A stretch of DNA of 64,000 nt, taken from assembly GCA_965222375.1 (NCBI GenBank), contig CBDCTZ010000009.1:288001-352000 (forward strand). Reading direction: 5' to 3'. The notes beneath the pieces were generated by a model. It did no database searches, was not told the origin of the DNA, and saw only the letters and a program-made list of their open reading frames with translations. Positions 38,349 through 47,886 of this stretch are shown in pieces. The translations under genes were made by a program, and so were the position numbers. How positions within the stretch are numbered: the first letter of the stretch is position 1; each line of letters starts with the position of its first letter. The stretch comes from Polyangiaceae bacterium (lineage in GTDB: Bacteria > Myxococcota_A > Polyangia > Polyangiales > Polyangiaceae).

Positions 38349-40375
38349 CCGAGCCTGCCTCGACCCCCAGGCCAACGCCGGCGTCGACTGCGGCGGACGA
38401 GCCGAGCGACGTGCGGCGCCTGAGCGGGCTGTATGCGGGTGCCATCGTGGCCGCGGTTGTGACCGTGCTGTCCGTGTTCATCAGCGAGGGGAGGGCGGCC
38501 CTCACGTCTCCCGGAGCCCTGTCGGCGCCCCACGTCCGCGCGGAGGTGGGGTGCGCGGACTGTCACTCCGCCTCGAAACCCGCCGCGGCTTGCGGCGAGT
38601 GTCACGGCCCACATCCCTCGACCCGCGCTGGCCATCAGGAGATGCGGCGCCAGGGCAAGATGTCCTGCATCACCTGTCATGACAGCCATCGCTCCGACCA
38701 AGGCGTAGCACTGCTCAAGAGCGGGATAGCCGAGCGTTACGGCAACGGTTGGGCGGTGCGGTCCAGCGAAGCAACGGGTTTTAGAGCCACCAAGCCGGTG
38801 TTCGTCGCCACCGTCGCTGCAAGCAAGTGTGGCGGCTGCCATCGCCTTTCGGATCCACGCGACGCGATCTTCACCTGCCTCGATTCCGCCACGCCCGGGC
38901 CAGCTGCGTCGCGGCCAACGCTGTGTTTCGACGAGCACCAAACCGCGGCCAATGCCCGGAAGAAAAAGGTCGCTCGAGACGGCGCATGGGAGGCTGCGCG
39001 CGTCGTGCTCAGCAATACGCCTGCCGCGCCGGCGTCGGGTCGCTTGGGCTGGCTGCTCTTGGGCCTCGGGGCGGGCGGCCTGGTCTGGACAGGACGCCAG
39101 CTCCAGTTGCGCTATCGCAAGCGGAGCGTAGGCGGGCGCCCCACCGGAGGCATGGTTCCCGCGCAAGTGGTGCGGCTGCCGCAGATCAACGCCGCCACCT
39201 GTCTGGGTTGCAACGCCTGCGTCGACGCGTGCCCCTACAACGTGATCGAAATGCGTTCCTACATCGCCGAGGTCGCGCGCCCGGACGATTGCTGCGGCCT
39301 GACCTTGTGTGAGCAGAAATGTCCCAACGGCTCTCTGGTCGTGCGCGAAGGCGAGCCCATCGTCGATCGCCCCCGGGTGGATGAGGAGCTTCAGAGCGCG
39401 GAAGTGCCGGGACTGTTCTTGGCCGGGGATCTCACCGGGCTGCCACTGATCAAGAACGCCATCAATCAGGGCGCGTATGCCGTGCGGGCGATTGCGAAAC
39501 AGCTTCCGAAGCGCAAGCGAGGCCGCTCGGAGTTGGACGCAGACGTCATCGTCGTCGGGGCGGGGCCCGCGGGGCTTTCGGCGGCACTCGAGGCCAAGAG
39601 TCAGGGCTTGAGCGTGGTCGTCGTCGAGCAAGGCAGCGTAGCATCGAGCATTCAAAGCTTTCCCCGGGGCAAGCTCGTTTTCGACCAGCCCTTGGACGTG
39701 CCCCTGGTGGGTGAACTCTGGTTGGAGGAATCCACCAAAGAAGAGTTGCTCTCCCAGTGGCTGCGCATCGTGCGTCGGCACAACCTGGACATCCGCGAAG
39801 GCACGCGGGTGATTCAGATCGCACCCTTTGAAGACGCGTCCGGGTTTCGAGTCCAAACCCGCACCGAAGATGGCAGCGAGAAAGAACTGCGCGGTCAGCG
39901 CGTCGTGCTCGCGATCGGGCGCCGGGGCACTCCCCGTCGCTTGGACGCACCCATCGAGGATGCTGCGCTTTCGCAGGTGTTCTACGGGATCTCGGACGCG
40001 TCGAGTTTCGCTGGCTCGAAGGTGTTGGTGGTCGGGTTGGGGGATTCCGCCTTGGAGGCGGCCGTTGCGCTCTGTCATCAACCCGATACCCATGTGACCG
40101 TCGTCCACCGAGGGCAGGATTTTCGTCGGGGCACCCCACGCAACATCGCGGCGCTCAAGACTGCAGCAGAGCGCGGCAAAGTGGACTTGAGGTTCGAAAC
40201 CGTGGTGACGAAGGTTTCCAAAGACCGCGTCACCCTGAGTACTCGTGGCGTGGAGAGCTCACTTTCGGTGGACGCGACCGTCGTCTTGATCGGTGCCCTG
40301 GCGCCCTGGCCCTTTCTAGAGCGGATCGGCATTCGTCGCCCCACCGAAGGGCGCAACTCGAACGGCGCAACGTAG
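38345..40375 (+). CDS. Tetraheme cytochrome c-TM-ferredoxin-TrxR-like FAD/NAD(P)H oxidoreductase fusion
   Basis: N-terminal TM; SPGALSAPH; CxxCH at 38552, 38591, 38666, 38828; second TM; CLGCNACVDACP; GLFLAGD; VVGAGPAG; VVGLGDSA; VHR. TTG start overlaps the previous stop. Confidence 0.87.
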   Translation: MTEPASTPRPTPASTAADEPSDVRRLSGLYAGAIVAAVVTVLSVFISEGRAALTSPGALSAPHVRAEVGCADCHSASKPAAACGECHGPHPSTRAGHQEMRRQGKMSCITCHDSHRSDQGVALLKSGIAERYGNGWAVRSSEATGFRATKPVFVATVAASKCGGCHRLSDPRDAIFTCLDSATPGPAASRPTLCFDEHQTAANARKKKVARDGAWEAARVVLSNTPAAPASGRLGWLLLGLGAGGLVWTGRQLQLRYRKRSVGGRPTGGMVPAQVVRLPQINAATCLGCNACVDACPYNVIEMRSYIAEVARPDDCCGLTLCEQKCPNGSLVVREGEPIVDRPRVDEELQSAEVPGLFLAGDLTGLPLIKNAINQGAYAVRAIAKQLPKRKRGRSELDADVIVVGAGPAGLSAALEAKSQGLSVVVVEQGSVASSIQSFPRGKLVFDQPLDVPLVGELWLEESTKEELLSQWLRIVRRHNLDIREGTRVIQIAPFEDASGFRVQTRTEDGSEKELRGQRVVLAIGRRGTPRRLDAPIEDAALSQVFYGISDASSFAGSKVLVVGLGDSALEAAVALCHQPDTHVTVVHRGQDFRRGTPRNIAALKTAAERGKVDLRFETVVTKVSKDRVTLSTRGVESSLSVDATVVLIGALAPWPFLERIGIRRPTEGRNSNGAT

Positions 40376-40617
40376 CTCCTGCAGTTCGAGTCGCTCTCCA
40401 CATTCGTGGTGCGTGCAGGGGCGGAGGTCACGAATCGCCCCGTCATCGCCACTAGATCTCGGAGGCACGCAGCAAAGCGCGGCCACCGAATCGCGTAAGT
40501 GTATGAAAATAAAGGACTAGGTCGCTCAGATCCGCGCGCGCCGTCATGCGTAGAAGTGAGCTGGGTGTAAGGCGGGCGGCGAACGCCCCGTTTTCGGTCG
40601 AAAGGGACAAACGCAGC

Positions 40618-42096
40618 ATGAAGGTCAAAACAGTTGGGCTCCTTTCCCTATGCGGCATGCTGCTTTCGAGCGTGACGGTTTGGTCCCTGACCAAAGATCG
40701 CGCGCTCGCGGAGCCCGAGCTGGGCTCGGCGCCCCTCGAGATCACTGCGCCGACGCCCCAGAGCGTCGGTGCGACCTTCACCGCCGGGCGCACCATCATG
40801 CTCGAAGGCCGGTTGGGCCACGACACGCTGCAGTCCGAAAAGGTCGGGGAGACCTTGTTGCTGCTCACCGCCACCGCGGACAAAGGCGCGGCGACCAAGG
40901 CGGCGTCGCCTCTGAACCTCTCGATCGTGATCGATCGCTCCGGCTCCATGAAGGGCCGCCGCCTCGCCAACGCTCTGGATGCCGCACGCGGCATGGTGGG
41001 ACGGTTGCGAGACGGGGATGCGGTCAGCGTGGTGACCTACAACACCACCACGGAGGCCATCGTCCCTTCGACGACCATCGACTCCTTCTCTCGAAGTCGC
41101 GTGTTGAGGTCCCTGTCCAATATTCGGGCCAGCGGAGATACATGTATCTCCTGCGGCATCGACGCGGGCATGGAGCAACTGCGGCGCCGCGGCGGCATGG
41201 TGGATCGCGTGCTGCTGCTCAGCGACGGTGAGGCCACCGCCGGCGTGCGCAACGTAGAAGGCTTCCGCCGCATCGGCTCTCGGGTGCGCAACATGGGCGC
41301 CAGCATCTCCGCCATTGGTGTGGACGTGGAATACAACGAGCGCGTCATGAGCGCCTTGGCTCTCGAGTCGAACGGGCGTCACCACTTCGTCGAAAACGCA
41401 GCGAAGTTGCCGGAGGTCTTCGACGCGGAGCTCAAGACTCTGGTGAACACCGTCGCAAAGGACACGGAAGTGGCCGTGCAGCTGGCGCCCGGGGTGACTG
41501 TGGCCCGGGTATTCGACCGAACCTTCCGCCAGGAGGGTGATCGTTTGATCGTGCCCTTCGGGACTTTCTCGGCGGGGGAAGAGAAGACCTTGTTGGTCAA
41601 GCTCGCCGTGGCGAAAGGTGCCGCTGGCAAGCGTCCCATCGCGGATGTGAAAATGACCTACGCTGATTTCGCTCAGGGCGGCAAAGGCACTTGCGTCGGC
41701 AAACTCGCCCTTGCTCTGACCGACGACCCCAGCCTGCTCGGCGGCCTCGATCCGGTCGTGCAAACCCGTCTGGTTCGCAGCGAGACAGCCCATGCCCTCA
41801 AGGAAGCGAACCGACTGTTCACTTCGGGCCGTACCGCGGAGGCGCGCAACAAGCTGCGCAACTCCCTCGATCAGGTCAATCGACAAAGAGAAGCCGCCCT
41901 TGCCCGCGCACCGAAGCCAAAGCGCGCTCGGCTGAAGGCAGATTTCGCGGATCAATCCGTGGCCCTTGGTGAAGCTTCGGAAGGATTCGCAGAAGCGCCC
42001 GCAGCGCAACCTGGCGCTGGTGCGCCTGCCGCAGCTCCCAGTCCGGCCGCACAGGTTCGGCGCAACGCATCGACCGCTGACGACTTCGCTTTCTAG
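40618..42096 (+). CDS. Secreted or membrane-anchored VWA domain protein (YfbK-like)
   Basis: N-terminal hydrophobic segment; MIDAS IDRSGSM, GDT, LLSDG. Start ATG 40618. Confidence 0.88.
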   Translation: MKVKTVGLLSLCGMLLSSVTVWSLTKDRALAEPELGSAPLEITAPTPQSVGATFTAGRTIMLEGRLGHDTLQSEKVGETLLLLTATADKGAATKAASPLNLSIVIDRSGSMKGRRLANALDAARGMVGRLRDGDAVSVVTYNTTTEAIVPSTTIDSFSRSRVLRSLSNIRASGDTCISCGIDAGMEQLRRRGGMVDRVLLLSDGEATAGVRNVEGFRRIGSRVRNMGASISAIGVDVEYNERVMSALALESNGRHHFVENAAKLPEVFDAELKTLVNTVAKDTEVAVQLAPGVTVARVFDRTFRQEGDRLIVPFGTFSAGEEKTLLVKLAVAKGAAGKRPIADVKMTYADFAQGGKGTCVGKLALALTDDPSLLGGLDPVVQTRLVRSETAHALKEANRLFTSGRTAEARNKLRNSLDQVNRQREAALARAPKPKRARLKADFADQSVALGEASEGFAEAPAAQPGAGAPAAAPSPAAQVRRNASTADDFAF

Positions 42097-42260
42097 CTTG
42101 GACTAACGCGGCATGCTGCCGCTTGCGAACGCGCCTGGCGCGTGAGACCGTTCAAAATCACCGACCCTGAGGGAGCTACCCCCTTCCGCCCAAGCCTGGG
42201 CGCGACGGCGGGCGCATGCCGAGCTGTTCGGTACCTAGGAAATCGAAACCGGAGCAAGTC

Positions 42261-45200
42261 GTGAACGAAGCCAAGAAGACGCTCGATCTCAAGAAGCTCG
42301 TGACGCGGGGGGTGCTGGCGCTCATGGCACTCGGCGTGGTTGTTGCCGTGATTGCCTACGTTGCAACCCGGAAACCACCGCCGGTCAAAGCATTGGCCAT
42401 CCAAGCGCGCCTGGAACTCGCTGCGGGTGAAGTCAGCGTGGACATGGGGGAGGGCCCTGCCCGTGCCGTGAGCGGCACGCCGCTCATGGACAATGCGCGG
42501 ATTGCCACCGCCGACGGAGCCCGCGCACTCGTACGGCTGCCAGATGGTTCGGCGTTGTTTATCCGAGCCGGGAGTGCCCTGAGCTTGGGCGCGGATTCCG
42601 TGAGCTTGGACAAAGGCGAGTACTTCGTGGATGCGCCCCCGACGGAACGAAAGCCAACGAGTCACGCCGTTGGGGAAGCGGTGGTCACCGCAGCGGAGGC
42701 CGGTTTCGATGTGCGTCGGGATGGCGACAGCGTAGTCGTCTACGTTGCGCGAGGCACGGCGACGGTCACGGGCAGGGGCGGACGCGCAGAAGTGAAGGCG
42801 GGTGAGCAAGCCACGATCAAGGGCGCCGACAAACCCGCTGTGTCGCCAGTGGCGTTCTGGGACGACTGGACCGGCGGCATGGCGGACTTTGGCTCGGGTG
42901 CGCTGCTTGCCGGTACCGGTGCCGGCTCGATCTATGGAGTCGACGTCGGGGCTTCGCCGGGTTCTCCGGCGCGCCGCCTGGAGATCAGCAAACAGTCGGT
43001 TCGCGCCGTGTTGCGGGAAGGGCTCTCGGAAACGGAAGTCGACCAGACCTTTTTCAACCCCGGCGAGCGCGCCGTCGAGGGTTGGTACTGGTTTTCCGTG
43101 CCCGAGGGCGCCAGCGTCACTGGCTTTGCTCTGGAAACCAACGGAATCCTGGTCGAGGGGGAGTTCAACGAACGTCGGGAGGCTGCGGCGCAGTACACCA
43201 CCGCGAAGTCGAGCGGTCACGCCCCGGCAATTCTGGAGTGGATCGATAGTCGAACCTATCGAGCGCGGATCTATCCGGTGCCTGCCGGTGGCAATCGTCG
43301 CGTCGTTCTGCGCTACATCGAAATGCGTCCGCCGGTGGGGTCGAAGCTGTCCTACGAATACCCCATGGGCGCCGGCAAGCCCGTGCGCATCGGCGAGTTT
43401 TCGCTGTCCGTGGACTTGGGGGACGCGGGCACCAAGATGAAGATTGCCACCCTCGCGGACGCGCGGGTGGAAAACGGCGGACGCCGAGTCACCATGCGCC
43501 GCTCTGGGTATACGCCCCGAGCCGACTTCCAGCTCGAGGCGGACCTGCCGAAGAAGCGCCCGCCCATGACCGTGGCGCGGTTTTCGGCTGGGGGCGAGAG
43601 CGCCGACTACGTGCTGGCTCGATATGTTCCTGACGTCGATTGGAAGAGCGCCAAGCAGCAGCGCGGTGACGTGGTGGTCGTAGTCGATACCTCTGCGGCG
43701 GGCGATGAGGCCGCGCATCAATTGAAGACGGCCGCAGCAGAGTCGATCCTTCGTGCCCTATCCGGCGAAGATCGTTTCGCACTGGTTGCCTTGGATGTGC
43801 GGCCCACCGTGCTCTATCCCAAAGATGGCCTCGCCAAGGCTGGCGACAAGGAGATAGCGAAGGCGCTGGAATCTTTGGCAGATCACGCCGTCGGGGGCGC
43901 CACGGATCTCGCCGCTCTCTTCGATGTGGCCCTCGGCCGTTTGCACGGCGCGGAGCAGCCCGCGGTGGTCTACGTCGGGGATGGCATCGCGACCAGCGGC
44001 GAAATGAGCGGGGAGCAGCTGGTAGAGCGCCTGCGCCGAGCCATTGGTACCTCCCGGGCCCGCTTGTTCACGGTCGGGGTTGGCACTGATGCCCACTATT
44101 CGCTTCTGGGCGAGTTGGCCCGTGCGGGCGGCGGCACGAGTTTGCGCGTCGACGAAGCCGAGCAGACGACGGCCCGCGCCCTGGAACTGGCCGCTGCGGT
44201 CAAGACCCCCACGATCACGGATCTCGAGATCGATCTCGGGGCTGGCTTGGACGAGCCGTTCTCCTCGGCCGCGGGCAAGGTCAGTCGCGGTTCCGAAGTG
44301 GTGGTGCTCGCCCGCACCCACCACGACATTCCCCGCATGGTCAAGGTGCGGGGGCGCCTCGGTGGCGAGAAGTTCGAAAAGGAGTACGAGGTCAAACGCG
44401 ACAGCAGCATCTTGAGCAGCTTTGTACCGAGGCTGTGGGCGGCTGAGTACGTGAAGCGCTTGCTGGGTTCCGCATCAGGACCCGAGGCCGAGCGCGGACG
44501 CATCGTGTCCCTAGGCGTGGACTACGGGTTGATGACGCCCTTCACGAGCATCTTGGCGCTCGAGAGCGAGTCCGCGTACATGCGCATGGGGATCCCGCGC
44601 AAGCGCACCAAACTGCGCGGCGTGCGCCTCGGCGCGCTCACCAAGGACGCAGAGATGCGTTTGGCCTCCCGGCACGCGGGGATCCCCGCTGCCAGCTTGC
44701 CGTTGGGTTGCAGCACGCTCGAGCGCATGGCCGGGGATTCAGAGCCAGCTCCTGCGGAGAATGTCAAGGGCAAGGCCTACGGGGTACAGGCAGCTCCGGC
44801 GAGCCCTGCGCCGGTGACTGCTTCGCCAGGCTTTGCGGGTAAGGACGACGAGTCTCGAGAGGAGGCCATGCCCGCCACTCAGGAGCCTCAAGCCGCGGCG
44901 GCTCCAGCGGAGGATTCCGTCGCCGAAGCCGAAGCGGATCAAGCTCCGATGAAGGCTCAGGTGGCCAAGAAGCCAGCGACGGGCCGCACCTATGCGAGAC
45001 CCAAGTATAGGCCGCGACCCAAGCCTTCTCTGGGCCCTGGGGCCTCGGGCGGCAAGGGGACCTTCGATGCGCCCAAGCGTCTCAACCGGCCCGCAGAGAA
45101 GAAAGAAGGCAAGCGCGGAGGGTTGGATCTTGCGAAACTCTCGGAGGGATTCAAACACTCGGGTCAGGTGGCTGTGCTGCGCACCTGCAGCGACACCTCT

Positions 45201-46481
45201 GCTCGCCCCTTGGCTCAGCGCGTACTGCTCTGGCAGAAGCGCGTGAAGGCCGCCAAGGGCGCGGGCGAGCTGATCCGGCGCTATGACGCGGCACGGTCTG
45301 CCTGCGAGCTGAACGACTGGCGAGCGGAGCGGACCTTCCTGGAGCTGTTGCAGCGTCGCGTAGATAACGAGGGCTCCGCCACTGTCCTGCTGAGTCACTT
45401 CGCAGGTCGCCCGGACGTGCAAAAGCATCTCGCGAAACTGATCCTTCGCCGCGCCGTCGATGCGCGCTTGGTCGCGGCGGTGGAGCGAACGCTCTTTGGC
45501 AGCGCGGTGGATTGGGCTGCCGTGGATCGAGACTTGTCGGCAATCGAAGACGTTGACAAGCGGATCGAGAAGCTGCGAGAAGCCATGGCCAAGGCTCCGG
45601 AAGATCCCAACGGCGGCATGCGACTGGTGAAGCTGCTGGTCGAAGCCAATCGCAAAGACGAAGCCGTCGCCTTGGGGCGCCGGCTTCGTGACCAGGGGCT
45701 GCTGACCCCGGGGATCGCTCGGGGGCTCGGAGACGTTCTTGCGCGGTCCGGGCATGCCCAAGAAGCCGTGCGCACCTACTCTGAGATCGTGGAGTTCGAT
45801 CCCGAAGGCGTAGCGTCCCGCCGGCTACTGGGCGACATATATCTCGGTCACGAGTGGTACGAACCTGCCTATCGGCAGTATCGCACCATCACCGAACTCG
45901 ATGACAAGGACCCCTTGGGTTGGCTCCGACTGGCCGCCGCCGCTGCAGGCACTGGGCGCATCGACGAAGCGTTGCGCCTGGAGCGTAAGGTGGCCAGCGC
46001 CCAAGGCACGCCGGGTCCCAACGACCCCCGGCGCTGGGCCCGGCTTTGGAGCGCTTCGCGAATTGCACGACTGATGGCGCAGCCACCCAAGCCCGCCAAG
46101 GGGCAGCCCCCGGTGGACGCTGCACGGCGTAAAGCCAGCCTGAAACGCAAGCTGAAAGAACTCGGCCTGTTCAGTGGCCCGGGCCGCTTGGTCGTGCTCA
46201 CCTGGGAGGAGCTATCTCATCAGTTCGCGCTCAGTGCGACGGTCGAGGACAGCGCGCAGGGCCTTGGGGAATCGACGGATGCGGCCAAGGCCGGGCTCTA
46301 CGCCACGATGCTCACTCTCGCGGACGCCCAACGCGCGAGCTTCCGCGCAAACTTGCGCACGGAACCCGTGGACCACGATGTGTCGGTGATCCGCCACGAG
46401 ATCACTTGGAACGCCAAGGACTTCCAGGTCAAGGTGAAGAAGCTCAACTTGCCTGCGAAGACAAGGACCCTCGCGCTCTAG
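42261..46481 (+). CDS. Large membrane-anchored FecR-like + VIT + VWA + TPR protein
   Basis: N-terminal TM; FecR-like RLPDGS...VYVARGTATV; VIT TEVDQTFFNPG...EGWYWFSVPEGASVTGFAL; VWA VVDTS...GGATDL...YVGDG; C-terminal TPR-like helices. GGAG before GTG 42261. Confidence 0.85.
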   Translation: MNEAKKTLDLKKLVTRGVLALMALGVVVAVIAYVATRKPPPVKALAIQARLELAAGEVSVDMGEGPARAVSGTPLMDNARIATADGARALVRLPDGSALFIRAGSALSLGADSVSLDKGEYFVDAPPTERKPTSHAVGEAVVTAAEAGFDVRRDGDSVVVYVARGTATVTGRGGRAEVKAGEQATIKGADKPAVSPVAFWDDWTGGMADFGSGALLAGTGAGSIYGVDVGASPGSPARRLEISKQSVRAVLREGLSETEVDQTFFNPGERAVEGWYWFSVPEGASVTGFALETNGILVEGEFNERREAAAQYTTAKSSGHAPAILEWIDSRTYRARIYPVPAGGNRRVVLRYIEMRPPVGSKLSYEYPMGAGKPVRIGEFSLSVDLGDAGTKMKIATLADARVENGGRRVTMRRSGYTPRADFQLEADLPKKRPPMTVARFSAGGESADYVLARYVPDVDWKSAKQQRGDVVVVVDTSAAGDEAAHQLKTAAAESILRALSGEDRFALVALDVRPTVLYPKDGLAKAGDKEIAKALESLADHAVGGATDLAALFDVALGRLHGAEQPAVVYVGDGIATSGEMSGEQLVERLRRAIGTSRARLFTVGVGTDAHYSLLGELARAGGGTSLRVDEAEQTTARALELAAAVKTPTITDLEIDLGAGLDEPFSSAAGKVSRGSEVVVLARTHHDIPRMVKVRGRLGGEKFEKEYEVKRDSSILSSFVPRLWAAEYVKRLLGSASGPEAERGRIVSLGVDYGLMTPFTSILALESESAYMRMGIPRKRTKLRGVRLGALTKDAEMRLASRHAGIPAASLPLGCSTLERMAGDSEPAPAENVKGKAYGVQAAPASPAPVTASPGFAGKDDESREEAMPATQEPQAAAAPAEDSVAEAEADQAPMKAQVAKKPATGRTYARPKYRPRPKPSLGPGASGGKGTFDAPKRLNRPAEKKEGKRGGLDLAKLSEGFKHSGQVAVLRTCSDTSARPLAQRVLLWQKRVKAAKGAGELIRRYDAARSACELNDWRAERTFLELLQRRVDNEGSATVLLSHFAGRPDVQKHLAKLILRRAVDARLVAAVERTLFGSAVDWAAVDRDLSAIEDVDKRIEKLREAMAKAPEDPNGGMRLVKLLVEANRKDEAVALGRRLRDQGLLTPGIARGLGDVLARSGHAQEAVRTYSEIVEFDPEGVASRRLLGDIYLGHEWYEPAYRQYRTITELDDKDPLGWLRLAAAAAGTGRIDEALRLERKVASAQGTPGPNDPRRWARLWSASRIARLMAQPPKPAKGQPPVDAARRKASLKRKLKELGLFSGPGRLVVLTWEELSHQFALSATVEDSAQGLGESTDAAKAGLYATMLTLADAQRASFRANLRTEPVDHDVSVIRHEITWNAKDFQVKVKKLNLPAKTRTLAL

Positions 46482-46497
46482 GCCAAGGGGGGTTGCA

Positions 46498-47160
46498 TCA
46501 GTTGGGCTGACAGGTGGAATAGCCCGGTGGCAGCTTGCTGTCGGGCTTGCAGCTATGGTTGTCGGGGCACTTGTCTCCGGGGTGGCAGACCTCGGCGGCG
46601 CTGAAAGTGATGCCGCTGCAGGTGTCGCGGCAAACGACCCGGTCATAGCTCGGGCCGACGATGCTGCGAATCGCGCAGCACTTCTTGCTGCCCTCGCAGT
46701 CCTCGGCGCCATCACAGGCGATCTTCAGCGTGTTGCAGCCAAACCCGCTGCAAGAGCAGGGATTACTCAGCTTATCGTTGGAGCAATACAAACCCTTGCT
46801 GGAGGAAAAACAGCACTGGGCGCCGCCCGAGAAGCTGCACAGCTGCGAGCCGCAAGGCCCAATGCCGACCTGATTCGGTCCACCGCCCGTGCCCGCGTCG
46901 GAGGGCGAGCCGCCGCTCCCTCCCGCGGCTCCACCACCGCTACCGGCCGCGCCACCCGTGATCTGCCCACCGGCGCCGCCGCTAGCGCCCCCTGCTGCGC
47001 CCCCGACGCCGCTGCCTGCTGAGCCCGCTGCACCAGTGTTGCCCGCCCTGCCACCGCTTGCCGGCGTGCCACCTGTCGAGCCGGTACCGAACAGCCCGTC
47101 CTCCGCGGAGCCACCACAGGCGGCGAGGGCCAGTCCGAAAAGCAATAGCTGAGCGCGCAT
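46498..47160 (-). CDS. Gly-rich/Cys-rich lipoprotein
   Basis: Lipobox LAACGG, Gly/Ala/Ser linker, Cys-rich C-domain (CDGAEDC...CC). Start ATG 47160. Confidence 0.8.
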   Translation of the reverse strand: MRAQLLLFGLALAACGGSAEDGLFGTGSTGGTPASGGRAGNTGAAGSAGSGVGGAAGGASGGAGGQITGGAAGSGGGAAGGSGGSPSDAGTGGGPNQVGIGPCGSQLCSFSGGAQCCFSSSKGLYCSNDKLSNPCSCSGFGCNTLKIACDGAEDCEGSKKCCAIRSIVGPSYDRVVCRDTCSGITFSAAEVCHPGDKCPDNHSCKPDSKLPPGYSTCQPN

Positions 47161-47275
47161 CCGACCACTCAATGGTGCTGCTATTGCAGCAGCCGTGCAA
47201 GCGTAGAGGGCGTTCGGCTGACTCGATGTCGGCTCGATGTTAGCTTGCGCCGGTGGTCCTAGGAGCAGCTAGTGC

Positions 47276-47782
47276 ATGAAACCAGGTGATCATCCCGAGT
47301 TCTTCCGCTTTCCGGCACCAGCGGGTCGCTCTCGGGAAAGCAGCATCGTGCTCGACGCCCTGGGTCGCTTCTGGCACGAGGGCGAGAAGATCGAGCACCG
47401 TGGGATGGCGCGCGCCTTCGCTTCCTGGATCCGTCTGCACCCTGACGACGGACGTTTCATCCTTAGCAACGGCTACGACTGGACCTACATCACGGTCGAA
47501 GATGTGCCCTATTTCGTGGACGCGGTTTCACATCGACCCAACGGCGAGGTGATGCTCCAGCTCTCGGACGGAAGCGAGGAAGCCATGGATCCCGCTTCTC
47601 TCAGTGTGGGCGCTGACAACGCGGCTTATGCTCGGGTCAAGGCGGGAACCTACGAAGCGCGATTCCGCCAGGAGGCCCAGAACGCCCTGATGCCGCTACT
47701 GGAGCCTGGCCCGGACGGCGCTCCGGTCATCCAGCTTGGAGGCAAGCAGTTCCCAATCAGGGATCGCGCTGCGACCGCCTAG
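47276..47782 (+). CDS. DUF1285-like protein
   Basis: IVLDALGRFWHEGEKI, ITVEDVPYFV, YARVK...EARF. Confidence 0.7.
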   Translation: MKPGDHPEFFRFPAPAGRSRESSIVLDALGRFWHEGEKIEHRGMARAFASWIRLHPDDGRFILSNGYDWTYITVEDVPYFVDAVSHRPNGEVMLQLSDGSEEAMDPASLSVGADNAAYARVKAGTYEARFRQEAQNALMPLLEPGPDGAPVIQLGGKQFPIRDRAATA

Positions 47783-47886
47783 GAGCCGCCCCAAGCGGCG
47801 CCCTTGGCCGAGATCCCCGGGAGTCTTGCTGGCGCCATCGGCGCCGCTCGTGTTTTGTCACTCAGGCGTGATACAAGGCCGCCTCG

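Noticed and set aside
38276..40108. 610-aa minus-strand ORF within the redox cluster (similarly 33922-35475 and 42093-43721)
   Set aside because: Fully overlaps motif-rich + strand genes and shows no independent motifs.
33079..40375. Standard Nrf/Dms/Act respiratory operon
   Set aside because: No CxxCK catalytic heme, molybdopterin subunit or NrfD-type 8-10 TM anchor; kinase and cNMP domains are not part of those systems.
40490..40520. AT-rich tract resembling an IHF site upstream of the VWA gene
   Set aside because: At least two mismatches to the IHF consensus and no sigma54 motif seen nearby; too weak to call.
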